From positions 29,080,192 to 29,144,191 of the forward strand of contig NC_057738.1 in the NCBI RefSeq assembly GCF_004010195.1: a stretch of DNA of 64,000 nt, read 5' to 3'. Position numbers and translations under genes: made by a program. This document shows positions 23,150 through 35,024 of this stretch, piece after piece. The DNA is from Chiloscyllium plagiosum. Taxonomy: Eukaryota. The number at the start of each line of letters is the position of its first letter. Position 1 is the stretch's first letter. The notes beneath the pieces are model-generated. The model made no database searches, was not told the origin of the DNA, and saw only the letters and a program-made list of their open reading frames with translations.

Positions 23150-25587
23150 AATCCCGACCTCACCATCAAGTCAGCAGCTAAAGGGGGTGCAGTGGTAGTC
23201 TGGCGCACTGAAGCCAGACGCCAACTCAAGGGCACCTCCTCCTACCGCCCCCTCGACCATGACCTCACCGCCCCCCATCACCAAACCATCATCTCCCAGA
23301 CCATACAGAACTCATCACCTCAGGAGATCTCCCACCCACAGCTTCCAATCTCATAGTCCGGGAACCCCGCACTGCCCGGTTCTACCTCCTTCCCAAGATC
23401 CATAAGCCTGACCACCCTGGCCGACCCATTGTCTCAGCATGCTCCTGCCCCATTGAACTCATCTCTACCTACCTCAACACTGTCCTATCCCTCCCAGTCC
23501 AGGTACTCCCCACATATGTTCGAGACACCACCCATGCCCTCCACCTTCTCGAAGACTTCCGTTTCCCCTGCTCCCAACGCCTCATCTTCACCATGGATAT
23601 CCAATCCATCTACACCTCTATCCGGGCCAGGGCCTGCAAGCCGTCCATTTCTTCCTCTCCCGACGTCCCCAACAATACCCTTCCACCGACACTCTCATTC
23701 GTTTGGCCGAACTGGTCCTCACCTTTAACAATTTCTCCTTCGAATCCTCCCACTTCCTCCAGACCAAAGGGGTAACCATGGGCACCCGTATGTGCCCCAG
23801 CTATGTCTGTCTCTTTGTTGGCTACGTAGAACAGCCCATCTTCCGTAATTACACCGGCACTACTCCCCACCTCTTTCTCTGCTACACTGATGACTGCATT
23901 GGCGCCACCTCATGCTCCCGTGAGGAAGTTGAGCAATTCATCACATCACCAACACATTCCACCCTGACCTTAAATTTACCTGGACTATCTCTGACAGCTC
24001 CCACCCCTTCCTGGACCTCTCCATCTCCATTAATGACAACCGACTTGACACCGACATTTTTCACAAACCCACCGACTCCCACAGCTACCTGGATTATACC
24101 TCTTCCCACTCTACCTCCTGCAAAAATGCCATCCCATATTCCCAATTCTTCCACCTCCACTGTATCTGCTCCCAGGAGGACCAGTTCCACCACAGAACAC
24201 ACCAGATGGCCTCCTTCTTTAGAGACCGCAATTTCCCTTCCCACATGGTTAAAGATGCCCTCCAATGCATCTCGTCCACATCCCGCACCTCCGCCCTCAG
24301 ACCCTACCCCTCCAACCGTAACAAGGACAGAACTCCCCTTCCACCCTACCAACCTTCGCATAAACCAAATCATCCGCCAACATTTCCGCCACCTCCAAAC
24401 GGACCCCACTACCAGGGATATATTTCCTTNNNNNNNNNNNNNNNNNNNNNNNNNNNNNNNNNNNNNNNNNNNNNNNNNNNNNNNNNNNNNNNNNNNNNNN
24501 NNNNNNNNNNNNNNNNNNNNNNNNNNNNNNNNNNNNNNNNNNNNNNNNNNNNNNNNNNNNNNNNNNNNNNNNNNNNNNNNNNNNNNNNNNNNNNNNNNNN
24601 NNNNNNNNNNNNNNNNNNNNNNNNNNNNNNNNNNNNNNNNNNNNNNNNNNNNNNNNNNNNNNNNNNNNNNNNNNNNNNNNNNNNNNNNNNNNNNNNNNNN
24701 NNNNNNNNNNNNNNNNNNNNNNNNNNNNNNNNNNNNNNNNNNNNNNNNNNNNNNNNNNNNNNNNNNNNNNNNNNNNNNNNNNNNNNNNNNNNNNNNNNNN
24801 NNNNNNNNNNNNNNNNNNNNNNNNNNNNNNNNNNNNNNNNNNNNNNNNNNNNNNNNNNNNNNNNNNNNNNNNNNNNNNNNNNNNNNNNNNNNNNNNNNNN
24901 NNNNNNNNNNNNNNNNNNNNNNNNNNNNNNNNNNNNNNNNNNNNNNNNNNNNNNNNNNNNNNNNNNNNNNNNNNNNNNNNNNNNNNNNNNNNNNNNNNNN
25001 NNNNNNNNNNNNNNNNNNNNNNNNNNNNNNNNNNNNNNNNNNNNNNNNNNNNNNNNNNNNNNNNNNNNNNNNNNNNNNNNNNNNNNNNNNNNNNNNNNNN
25101 NNNNNNNNNNNNNNNNNNNNNNNNNNNNNNNNNNNNNNNNNNNNNNNNNNNNNNNNNNNNNNNNNNNNNNNNNNNNNNNNNNNNNNNNNNNNNNNNNNNN
25201 NNNNNNNNNNNNNNNNNNNNNNNNNNNNNNNNNNNNNNNNNNNNNNNNNNNNNNNNNNNNNNNNNNNNNNNNNNNNNNNNNNNNNNNNNNNNNNNNNNNN
25301 NNNNNNNNNNNNNNNNNNNNNNNNNNNNNNNNNNNNNNNNNNNNNNNNNNNNNNNNNNNNNNNNNNNNNNNNNNCCATTGTACTCTATGCTACTTTCTCC
25401 CCACCCCCACCCTCCTCTCATTTATCTCTCCACCCTTCAGGCACTCTGCCTGTATTCCTGACGAAGGGATTTTGCCCGAAACGTTGATTTCCCTGCTCCT
25501 CGGATGCTGCCTGACCTGCTGTGCTTTTCCAGCACCACTCTACTCCAGAATCTAGTTTCCTGCATCTGCAGTCATTGTTTTTACCTA
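23150..25587 (+). mobile_element. Neptune-type PLE, 5'-truncated, in the last EXOC2 intron, antisense to the gene and spanning a gap
   Basis: RT motifs PGRPIVS, MDIQSIYTSI, NNFSFESSHFLQTKGVTMGTRMCPSY, YTDDC and KPTDSHSYLDY, with frameshifts. The pLTR carries the HHR CTGACGA-A-GGGA tttt GCCC-GAAA-CGTT at 25458-25485. Confidence 0.93.
24430..25374. other. Assembly gap (N run)
   Basis: Seen directly. It lies inside the PLE. Confidence 1.
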
Positions 25588-25739
25588 AACATTTCAAATA
25601 TCAAAGTCATTGTTTTTGATTCACTATAAACATTGCACTAATCCCCCAGTGTTATTCACCTCCCTGGGAACTGAAGACAGAAATAGACTATTTGCTATCT
25701 AGTTTGATACGGAGGTGAGCTTCCAACTGCATATCTGCT

Positions 25740-26005
25740 AATCACTGAAACTGTCTATTTTCAGATTTGTAACACTGACCAACTCTACTCCTACCACGGC
25801 TCATCTAGTGTTGAAACCCTCAACCTTGCCTTAGTTATTTCTTAACCGGACTCATTCAACACAATCCTGGCTAATTTAGCATTTTCCATCCTCCATAATC
25901 TTAAAATCATGTCAAAATCTGCTGCCTCGGTTCTGACTCACACTAAGTCCTATTCATCGCTTACCCTTGTATTTGCTGAGTCTCACTGGTTTTTGGTAAA
26001 GAATG
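25740..26005 (+). mobile_element. L2 LINE remnant
   Basis: tctgctgcctcggttctgactcacactaagtcc...acccttgtatttgctgagtctcactgg resembles the L2 motif QNSAARVLT...ITPVLxxLHW. Confidence 0.6.
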
Positions 26006-26075
26006 CCACCCTAACAAAAAAGACTATGTTCTCCAGAATTAATTTCAAAGTATAACAAGCTTTGTTATAACTTAC

Positions 26076-26135
26076 TTTTTATCTGCTCCATTGGAAAGTT
26101 GGGGCAGTGCTTCAAGGGCTTGTTTGAAGCTATAA
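26076..26135 (-). CDS. EXOC2: EXOC2 coding exon, 60 bp
   Basis: ctctctag|T TAT AGC...AAA AA|gtaag. Translates as YSFKQALEALPQLSNGADK(K). Phase 2-2. Confidence 0.97.
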
Positions 26136-26555
26136 CTAGAGAGTCAGAAAGGGAAACAGAGAGAAATACACAGAACTTAGTGTCTAAAATATTTGGAGAC
26201 ATAATACTAAATTAAGGCAACAGATTAAACTTTATTAACATGGAAGAATATTGACTAGATGAGATCAGATAGTTCAAGATTAGTATGGATTAAGAATTTG
26301 GCAAATGCTAAGTTAAAAGCAATTATTCTAAACTAAACTATACTGACTATAGGTTTCAGTAGAACTCTAGACAGAACCTAACTAAATGAAAGCCATTTAT
26401 AAAGAGCAGTTAAGTAGATTCTCTAAGTTCTATATGTTTAGAACTGCGATATTTCAAGAATTTATTACAGTTTGGCCAATATGTTCGATTTTCTACCCTA
26501 AATAGAGTTTTCATAATTCTTTGATCACAATTCAGTAGATTGCCCAACACACACA

Positions 26556-26777
26556 GGAGTCAGTGAGGTCTACAGATGCTGGAGATCAGAGTTGAGTGCA
26601 TGTTGCTGGAAAAGCACAGCAAGTCAGGCAGCATCCGAGGAGGAGGAGGAGAATCGACATTTCGGGTTGGAGCCCTTCATTCTTGATGCAAGGCTCTGGC
26701 CTAAAACATCGATTTTCCTGCTCTTCGGATTATGCCTAACCTGCTGTGCTTTTCTAGCACTACACTCTTAACTCTGT
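26556..26777. mobile_element. Palindromic PLE pLTR mini-element
   Basis: Two inverted pLTR arms meet at degenerate HHR cores. A 12 bp TSD, ccaacacacaca, lies at 26544-26555 and 26778-26789. Confidence 0.88.
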
Positions 26778-27135
26778 CCAACACACACAAACAATTGTAG
26801 AAGCAAACACTAGATCACTTGATATATTTTCTTTTAAAATAAATGATGCTTTACTGCAACCATTAACAAGGTACTTGAGTATCACAGGAGCAGAAGAGTC
26901 ATCTCACTAAAACGTAAAATGTATATCATCACTACTTAAAACTGACAGCATGAAAAATGCATTTTTAAAAGTCATTTAATGGTGATCTGTCAGGTTACAC
27001 TTAAGACTTTGCACAATTGTACCAGGATGTACAAATTCTTGCAACAGTTAAAGATCTTGAACTGACTGCCAAAAAGCTCTTTTGGAAACTGCAATAATCA
27101 AAATGATGAAACTATGAGTGAACTTTCCATCTTAC

Positions 27136-27197
27136 TTGCTTTCAGGAGTCAGGAATGAGGCAACAGCATCTTTAAGAGCACAAATTTCCAGCCTGGC
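27136..27197 (-). CDS. EXOC2: EXOC2 coding exon, 62 bp
   Basis: ttttctttag|GCC AGG CTG...AGC AA|gtaag. Translates as ARLEICALKDAVASFLTPES(N). Phase 0-2. Confidence 0.97.
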
Positions 27198-27224
27198 CTA
27201 AAGAAAAAAAAAAGATATCTTATT

Positions 27225-28452
27225 GAGTCATAAAGATATACAACATGGAAACTGACTCTTCAGTCCAACTTGTTCATGCTGAACAGATATCTTAAATTAA
27301 TTTTGTCCTATTTGCCAGCACTTGGCCCATATCTCCTTAAACCAGATGCCTTTTAAAATGTTGTAATTGTACCAGCCTCCACCACTTCCTCTGGCAGCTC
27401 ATTCCATACCCGCAGCATCCTTTGTGTGGAAAAAGTTGCCCCTTAGACTCCACTTTCAAGGAACTATGAGCCTGCACTCCAGGGTCTCTTTGTTCAGCAA
27501 CACTCCCCAGGACCTTACCATTAAATGTATAGGTCCTGCCCTGATTTGTCTTTCCAAAATGCAGTACTCTTCATTTGTCTAAATTAATCTTCATGTGCCA
27601 CTTCTCAGCCCACTGACCCATCTGAACAAGATCCTGTTGTACTCTGAGGTAATCTTTATCGCTGTCCACTACACATTCAATTTTGGTGTCATCTGCAAAC
27701 TACTAACTATATCTCAAATGTTCACATCCAAATCATTTAAATAAATGGTGAAAAGTAGTGGACATAACACTGATCCTTGTAGCACAAAAGTAACTTCTGT
27801 CTTCTACGTTCGAGCCAGTTCTGTATCCAAATGGTTAGTTCTCCCTGTATTCTATGTGATCTAACCTTGTTAACCAGTTTACCATGAGGAATTTTGTCAA
27901 ATGACTTATTGAAGTCCATACAGATCACGTCCACCACTCTGCCCACAAGAATCCCCTTCGTTACTTCTTCAAAAAACTCAAATCAAGTTAGTGAGACATG
28001 ATTTCCCATGACAAAGCCAAGTTGACTATCCCTAACTGGTCCTTGTCTATCCAAATACATGTAAATCCTGTCCCTCAGGATTACCTTCAACAACTTGACC
28101 ATCACCGACGTCAGGCTCACGAGTCTATAATTCCCTGGCTTCTTCTTACTACCTTTCTTAAGTAGTGGCACCATGTTAGCCAACCTGCAGTCTTTTGGCA
28201 CCTCACCTGTGACTATCGATGATACAAAAATAAACAAGCAAGGGGTCCAGCAATCACTACCTGAGCTTCCCACAGAGTTCTACGTACATCTGATTAGGTC
28301 CTGGGGATTTATCCACCTTTGTGCATTTTAAGACATCCAGTACCACTTCCTCTGTAATATGGAGATTTTTCAAGATGTCACCATCTATTTCCCCACATTC
28401 TGTATCCTGTGTCCTTCCCCACAGTAAACACTGATATAAAATACTCACTTAG
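27225..28452 (-). mobile_element. CR1 LINE fragment with internal deletions
   Basis: Translates as DKSPGPNQMY, PGNYRLVSLTSV and VDVICMDFNKSFDKIPHG. The CR1 3' end lies near 27225. Confidence 0.9.
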
Positions 28453-28719
28453 TAGCTTTGTTCTCAACACTCCTTCGAGCTCTGACTCTCATCTGAAACG
28501 TTCATGCAATGTTATGCTGTCATATTAAATAATATCATTATTCTGTATGATCCTCTCATTCTTGAGGTTGGTACTTTTAATACTGTTGAGCTGTGCTGTG
28601 ACACACAGTACATCATATAGCTACCAAACTTCATATTTACAACATACGGCTTGAGCAGAAATCACTGAACCATACCTTCCAATCCAATTAGTAAAACATG
28701 GAATTATTTCATGACTATA

Positions 28720-29622
28720 TGGAATATAAAGTGGAATAATATCTTGTGATCTAAAATAATGGTGTGCAGAGGGCAATTTGAAAGTCTGCAGATGACACAA
28801 TCTTAGAAGAATAGTAAATTGTGCGGAGAACAATATAGAACTTCAGAAGGACATACACAATTTGGCGGAGTAGGCAGATAAGTGGAAGTTAAATTTCAAC
28901 GCACAGAAGTGAGAGGTGATGCAGTTTGATTGGAAAAACATTGAAAGACAATATTAAAATGCACAGTACAATTCTAAAGGGGGTGCAGGAGCAGAGGAAC
29001 CTGGGTATACATATCATTGAAAATGGTAGGATAGGTAAACAGAGCAGTAAATAAAACATCAGCTTTATTAATACAGATACATTGTGTGAAGGAATCATAC
29101 TGAATTTGTATTTGACCTTAACTGTGTACAGTTCTGGGAGTCATGTTATAGAAAGGATTCGAACACAATGGAGAGTGTGCAGAAGTGGCTTATAAGAATG
29201 GCTCCAGAGTTGAAGAACTTCAGTTATGAGGACAGAGTGAAGAAGTTGGGGATTGTTCTTCCTGAAGAGAAGCCAGTTAAGAGTAGATCTGATATACAGG
29301 TCTTCAAAATCATGTGTGGGCTTGAGAGTTGACAGGAAGAAAATGTTCCTGCTCATAAAAGGAACAAAAACACGGGTATAAATTTAAATGATCTGCAAAA
29401 GAAGCAAGGATGAAGTGAGGAAAACATTTTCACACAGTGGATAATTAGGGTGTGGAATGCAATGCCTGGAAGTGGAGGGGAGACAAGTTCAATTGAGACA
29501 TTCAAGAGGAGAATGGATGACTATTTGGATAATTAACGTGCAAGGGTGTGGGGAAAAGGCAGAGGTTCGGCACTAGGTAAAGATGCTCATCTAACAAGTG
29601 TTCTAACACGTGTGATTCTGTG
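28720..29622 (+). mobile_element. CR1 LINE 3' fragment
   Basis: KxADDT-like (aagtctgcagatgacac) and WQVKFN-like motifs followed by a CR1 3' region. Confidence 0.85.
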
Positions 29623-29705
29623 GTAATGGGAAAATTCATTCTGTATTATATGAATTCTAGTATCAAGGGTCAATCAAATCATACAACATCATGCATAAAC
29701 ACAAG

Positions 29706-29870
29706 TGGTGGAGAAACTCAGCAGGTCTGGCAGTATCTGTGGCCAGAGAAACACAGTTAATGTTTTGAGTCCAGTATGACAACCCTTTGGAAGGATCTCT
29801 TTCGGCCTAATTTCTCCAGCACTTTCTGCTTTAATTTCAGACCTCCAGCACCCGCAGTATTTTGCTTGTA
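29706..29870. mobile_element. Old PLE pLTR remnant, partly inverted
   Basis: ggagaaactcagcaggtctggcag...gttaatgttttgag and ttctccagcactttctg...ctccagcacccgcagtattttg. Confidence 0.65.
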
Positions 29871-30369
29871 TATAATCTTATGCAGCCTTTACAAATCTTG
29901 CATTGGATCAAAGTTAACATGTCAATAGATGGATGATGAATCAGGATGGCATGGCAAATTTGATGCCTACATATTGGTAATGCGTACTTTAATTTCTCCA
30001 CAAGGGTAATCACCAATTTCATTATCTCACCAAGTAGCAAAAGATAGAAGGCTTCCCCCCTTAAGAAAGATTGGAGGTCAGAAAGGAAAACAGAGAGCAA
30101 GTTACATTGCAGTTCCATACGTCTATGATGGTCGATTCCATATACCTAATGAACAAAAATGATAACACACCACCAACTGGAACAGAAGTGCAATATGTAA
30201 GTGTTTTAAAATATGTATTTTTCTAAATCCCATTTGTCCCCTACTTCTTCAACCTGATATACAATGATTAATATTAAGCTTTAACCTGATCCATCATAGA
30301 TATAAGTTAAAATGCCTTCATTCAAACGTCACTTCTGAAGTGACATCCTTATTCAAAAACAACACAAAA

Positions 30370-31722
30370 ACTGTAGGTCAGTTATTTTAAAATCTGTTTT
30401 TGGGAAAATGCTAGAATCTACCAAAAAGATTTAATAACCGTGCATTTAGACATATATAATATAATCAAGCAAGAGTCAGCCTGACTTCATGAAGGGGAAA
30501 TTATGCTTGATATGTTTACTAGAAATCTTTGAAGTGGTGATAAGCAGGATAGATAAAGGGGAACTAGTGGATGTAGTATATTTAGATTTCCAGCAGGTGT
30601 TTGAAACGTTGCCACATGTTAAGCTACTGAAAAGAGTCCAGGGTGTTGAGTAGTATATTGACATGAATAGCGGATTGGCTAACTAACAGAAAATAGAGAA
30701 TTGGGATAAGGGAGGCATTTTCATATTGTAACCCATAACTGGGGAGTTGCACGGGGATCAATGTTGGGGACACAAAAATTACATTATATATTGAATTGAA
30801 TGAAGGAAGTTTTGTACTATCACCACATTTGCAAATAACACAAAAATAAATGGGGAGGCAAGTGGTGAGGAAAATACAAAGAGTCTGCAGAGGGATGTCG
30901 GCAAGTTAGGTGAGTGGGCAAAAAATTGGCAGGTGGAATGTAATGGGTGTAAATGTGAAGTTATGCACATTGGCAGAAAGAATAGAGGAGTTGAATATTA
31001 TTTAAATTAAGAAAGACAGAAAATTCTTCATCTCAAAGGGATTTGGGAGTTCTCATGCATAAAGTAAAAAAGTTAGCGTTCAAGTTCAATAGGTAACAGG
31101 GAAGGCAAATAAATGTTGGGCTTTATTTCAAAAGGAATGGAATATGAAAATAGGGAAGCCTTGCTAAAACTAAACAAGACACTAGTTGAAGCACACCTAG
31201 AATATTATGAACAGTTTTGGTTCCCTTACCTAAGAGGAAACATATTGGCATCACAAGCAGACCTGAAAGGTTCATAAGGTTGACCCTGAATATGGAGGGA
31301 TTTTCTTACAAGGAGAAATTGAATAGATTTGGCCTGTACAGGTGGAAAAAAATAAGAGGAGCCCTTATTGAAATATATAAGACTCTAAAGGGGCTTTGAT
31401 AGGACAGAGAGCTAGAGGTTGTTTCCCCTTGTGAGAGTGGCGTAATTTTGAGTAAGCGGTCACTCATTTAAGAGAGAAATTAATAATAATTTCATCTCAC
31501 AAAAGGTACTAAATCTATGGAATTCTTTAAATTAGATGGCATTAGAGGCTGGGTCATTAAGTATATTCAAGATTGTGATACGACAGATTTTGTTTAATCA
31601 GTAAGGGAATCAACGATGAAAGAAAAAAAGGCAGAAAGTGAAGCTGAGCCATAATCTCATTGAATGGCAAAGCAGACTTGATGGGCTAAATGGCTTATTT
31701 CTGCTCCTACATTTTCTGGTCT
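30370..31722 (+). mobile_element. CR1 LINE fragment (RT to 3' end)
   Basis: VDVVYLDFQ, FANNTK and WAKNWQVE motifs followed by a CR1 3' UTR. Confidence 0.88.
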
Positions 31723-31954
31723 ATATTAGACCAACAATATCTGTAGTTATGTCTAATATTAATCTCATTAGAAGATTATTTGCTTTCGATTACTAAGTTT
31801 CAGCTTTAGTGGTGCAACCCGCCACAGGTGTCCTGGTCAATATGTATCGTCAAGCAATATCAGTTAGACAAAGATTGTCTGCTCATTATCACATTACCGT
31901 AGCTACACTGAGAAAGTACTCAAATGGCTGCAAAATGCTTCAAAACTTTAAGCT

Positions 31955-32250
31955 TTTTTTCATGTTTATTCATGGATAGTTGGCATCACTGATAAGGCTA
32001 GCATAGTCACCCATTGGACTGAGGGGCATGCTAGGCCATTTCAGAAGGCATATAAAAGTCAACCATATTGCTTTTGGTCTGGAGACTCATGCTGACCACT
32101 ACAGTTAAGGATTGGAAGACATTCTTCCTTAAAGGACATGAGAATAGACTGGGTTTTACAACAATCAATGCTGGTTGTTATAATCACCATTACTGAGAAC
32201 AGCTTTCTATTCCAGATTTATTTTTTGAATTTCAATTCCACTTGCTGCTA
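31955..32250 (-). mobile_element. Non-HE1 SINE copy
   Basis: Reverse complement of the 12334-12685 family. Confidence 0.7.
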
Positions 32251-32317
32251 TGGTAAGATTTGAACTCATATCCCCAAAGCATTCACCTGGGGTTCTGGAT
32301 TACTAGTCAGAATTTTA

Positions 32318-34177
32318 AAATCATAGAATTTCATAGTACATAATGAAGGCCCATCATTTCTGTACTGGTTCCCAAAAAGGCTACCCAGCTAGTCCCATTC
32401 TTCAGCCCTAAATCTGTAGCTCTCTAAATTTCAAATATATATTCAGTCCTCTTTTGAAATCTACTATGGAATCTGACTCCACCACTGTCCAGGCAGCGCA
32501 TTCCAAACACTAACAACTCTTAGTAAAGAAGCTTCCCAACAGTCTTGCTTACAATCTTGAAATTGTGATCCTCCGTTACAGATATATCAACTAGTGGAAA
32601 CAGAATCCTTCATTAATTGTTCACAATTTTGAACACCTCAATAAGGTCACATCTTAAATCTTGTCTGTTCCAGGGAAAACAAGTGCAATTTCTTTAATCT
32701 TTCCTGTATCTAAAATTCCTCATTCCTGGTATCATTCTCAAAAATCTTAGAAAAGGTACCCAAAATGAACACAAGACTCCAAATATGGTTTGACCAATTA
32801 CTTGTGGATGTGTAGCTTCACTTCCTTGCATGGCCTCTACTTATAGACGCAAGGATCCTATAAGCCTTCTTATTAAGTATTTCAACATACCTGACCATCT
32901 TCAAAGAATTATGCACTTGAACCCTGAGGTTTTCACTGGTCCTGTACTCCCCACAAAGTTGTATCTTTGAGCCTGTAGTGTTTCTCCATATTTTTCTATA
33001 TCAAAATGCATTACCTCACATTTCAGATGCACTGAAATTCATATGCCAGCCAACAGCTCATTTGGCCAACTTGTCAATGTTTCTCTGAAGTCACTCAGCA
33101 TCTTCACAATTTACTATTATTCCTAGCTTAGTACCATCTTCAGCTTTAGAGATTTTGCCCTACCCATCTTCGAATCATTTATGTGAATCAAAATAAGTGA
33201 AGGGTTCTGAGACTGATCCCTTGAGAACACCACTTTCAACTTGTCTCTAGTCTGAGAAATGCCCATCTATATCTTCCCTGTTTCCTAATGTCTATCCAAC
33301 TTTGAATCCATGTTGCCAAGGTCTCATCAACCCCAAACATTTCTAATTTGCTAAGCAACCTGCCATGTGCACCAGACCAAATGCTTTCTGAAAGTCCAAA
33401 TATTCAACATCCACAGTGCTACCCTCATCCACTGTCTTTGTTATCTCATCAAAAACCTCAAATAAATATGTCAGACATGACCTGCTCTTGACAAAGCTAC
33501 GTTGATTGGCCAGTATTAACTTATTTCTCTCGAAGTGTATATTTAGCTTATCCTGTATTACGGCCTCCATCAGTTTTCCTTTTATTGATGTCAAGCTGGC
33601 AGGTCTGTAACTTCCTGGGTTATCCTTTGCCCTTTTCATAAACAATGGTGTCACATTTGCAAGCCTCTAGTCCCCAAGGACTAATCTTGTGTTCAACTAG
33701 GACTAGAAATTTCACTAACTGGCTCTGCAATTTGCTCCCTTACCTCTCTCAGCAATCTAGGATGCATGCCGCCTGGGCCTGGCGACTTCTCTACCTCAAA
33801 TGCTCCAGCCTTTTTAGTACCCTTTCATTAACTATTACTGTACTGTTCAGTTGCTCAGCACTCAGATTTTCAACTTGGCCAGTGTCACAAACTTCTATTT
33901 TTGTAAAGACAGAAACAAAGTTTTGATTTACTACCTCTGCCATACCCTTTGCTTCACTTAGCAGTTTACCCTGCTTGTTCCCTATGGGTCCCGCTCCATC
34001 AGTCACTAATCTTTTACTATTATTATGGCTGAAGAACATTTTACAATTTGTTTTAGCACAGCATGCCATCCTTTCCTCACTGCTTTCCTTATTTCAGTGT
34101 TAGCCTTTCTCCTGGTTTTGAGATACACTGCCCGATTTCTATTGCTTTTATTATTCTCGTATGCATCATGTCTCCTT
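32318..34177 (-). mobile_element. Old CR1 LINE interrupted by an HE1 SINE (probably continues to about 34800)
   Basis: The ORFs read NPGSYRPASLTSI...RSCLTYLFEVFDEIT...VDVEYLDFQKAF and MAEVVNQNFVSVFTK. Confidence 0.88.
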
Positions 34178-34620
34178 AGCAGCATGATGGCTTGGTGGTT
34201 AGCACTGCTGCCTCACTGCGCCAGGAACCTGCATGCAATTCCAGTCTCTGGGGACAGTCTGCGTGGAGTTTGCACATTCTCCCAGTGTCTGTGTGGGTTT
34301 CCTCCAGATGCTCCGGTTCCCTCCCACAGTCCAAAGATGTGCAGGTTAGGCGGATTAGCAATGCTAAATTACCCACAATATCCAGGGATGTGCAGGCTGG
34401 GTGGATTAGCCATGGGAAATGAGAGGTTTGGGATTAGGAAATTTCATCCTGTATTATATGCATTCTAGTATCAAGGATCAATCAAATCATATAGCATCAT
34501 GCATAAAAAACAAGAGAAAAGGGAAAGGGGGTAGGTCTGGGTGGGATGCTCTTCAGAGCGGTGGTGTGGATTTGTTGGGTCAAATGGCCTGCTTCCACGT
34601 TGTAAGGATTCTATGATTAT
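34178..34620 (+). mobile_element. HE1-type V-SINE containing an alien insert of about 80-100 bp
   Basis: Head, V-domain and tail are present. Insert 34437-34514 matches 29629-29705. Confidence 0.9.
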
Positions 34621-34915
34621 TTTTTCATCAGTATTCTTACTTATCCAGGGTACCCTAGCTTTGGAGACCTCATTTATTTCTCATGGGTATTTACTTAGCT
34701 TGCACCCTATTTATTTATCTTTTTTAAGTCTTTCATTTTTCATCCTCTGTTTTATCTATCAAAATTCATTTGTAATCAGCCTGCTTTAAGTTGAAATTCA
34801 TTCTCACTATTTTCTGGAACATTACATTTCCATTCCTACCAGGAAGAAAGCTGTACTAGATCCAGTCCTAGTCTTGGTGACAGCACAATCTTTCCTATTA
34901 AGAAAGAAGTGGCCA

Positions 34916-35024
34916 TGATTAGGAGGTGCTGGTGATGGACTGGGGTGGACAAAGTTAAAAAGCACATAACACCAGGTTATAGTCCAACAGGTTTATTGGA
35001 AGCAATGCTCTTTCATCAGGTGGA
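34916..35024 (-). mobile_element. Short PLE pLTR fragment (same family as 59808-60035) with a partly deleted HHR
   Basis: Matches the left arm of 59808-60035. The reverse complement keeps CTGATGA but has lost the GAAA half. Confidence 0.8.

Noticed and set aside
23703-25555. Long ORFs of 374-594 aa
   Set aside because: Their length comes from the N gap. The real part is frameshifted PLE reverse transcriptase.
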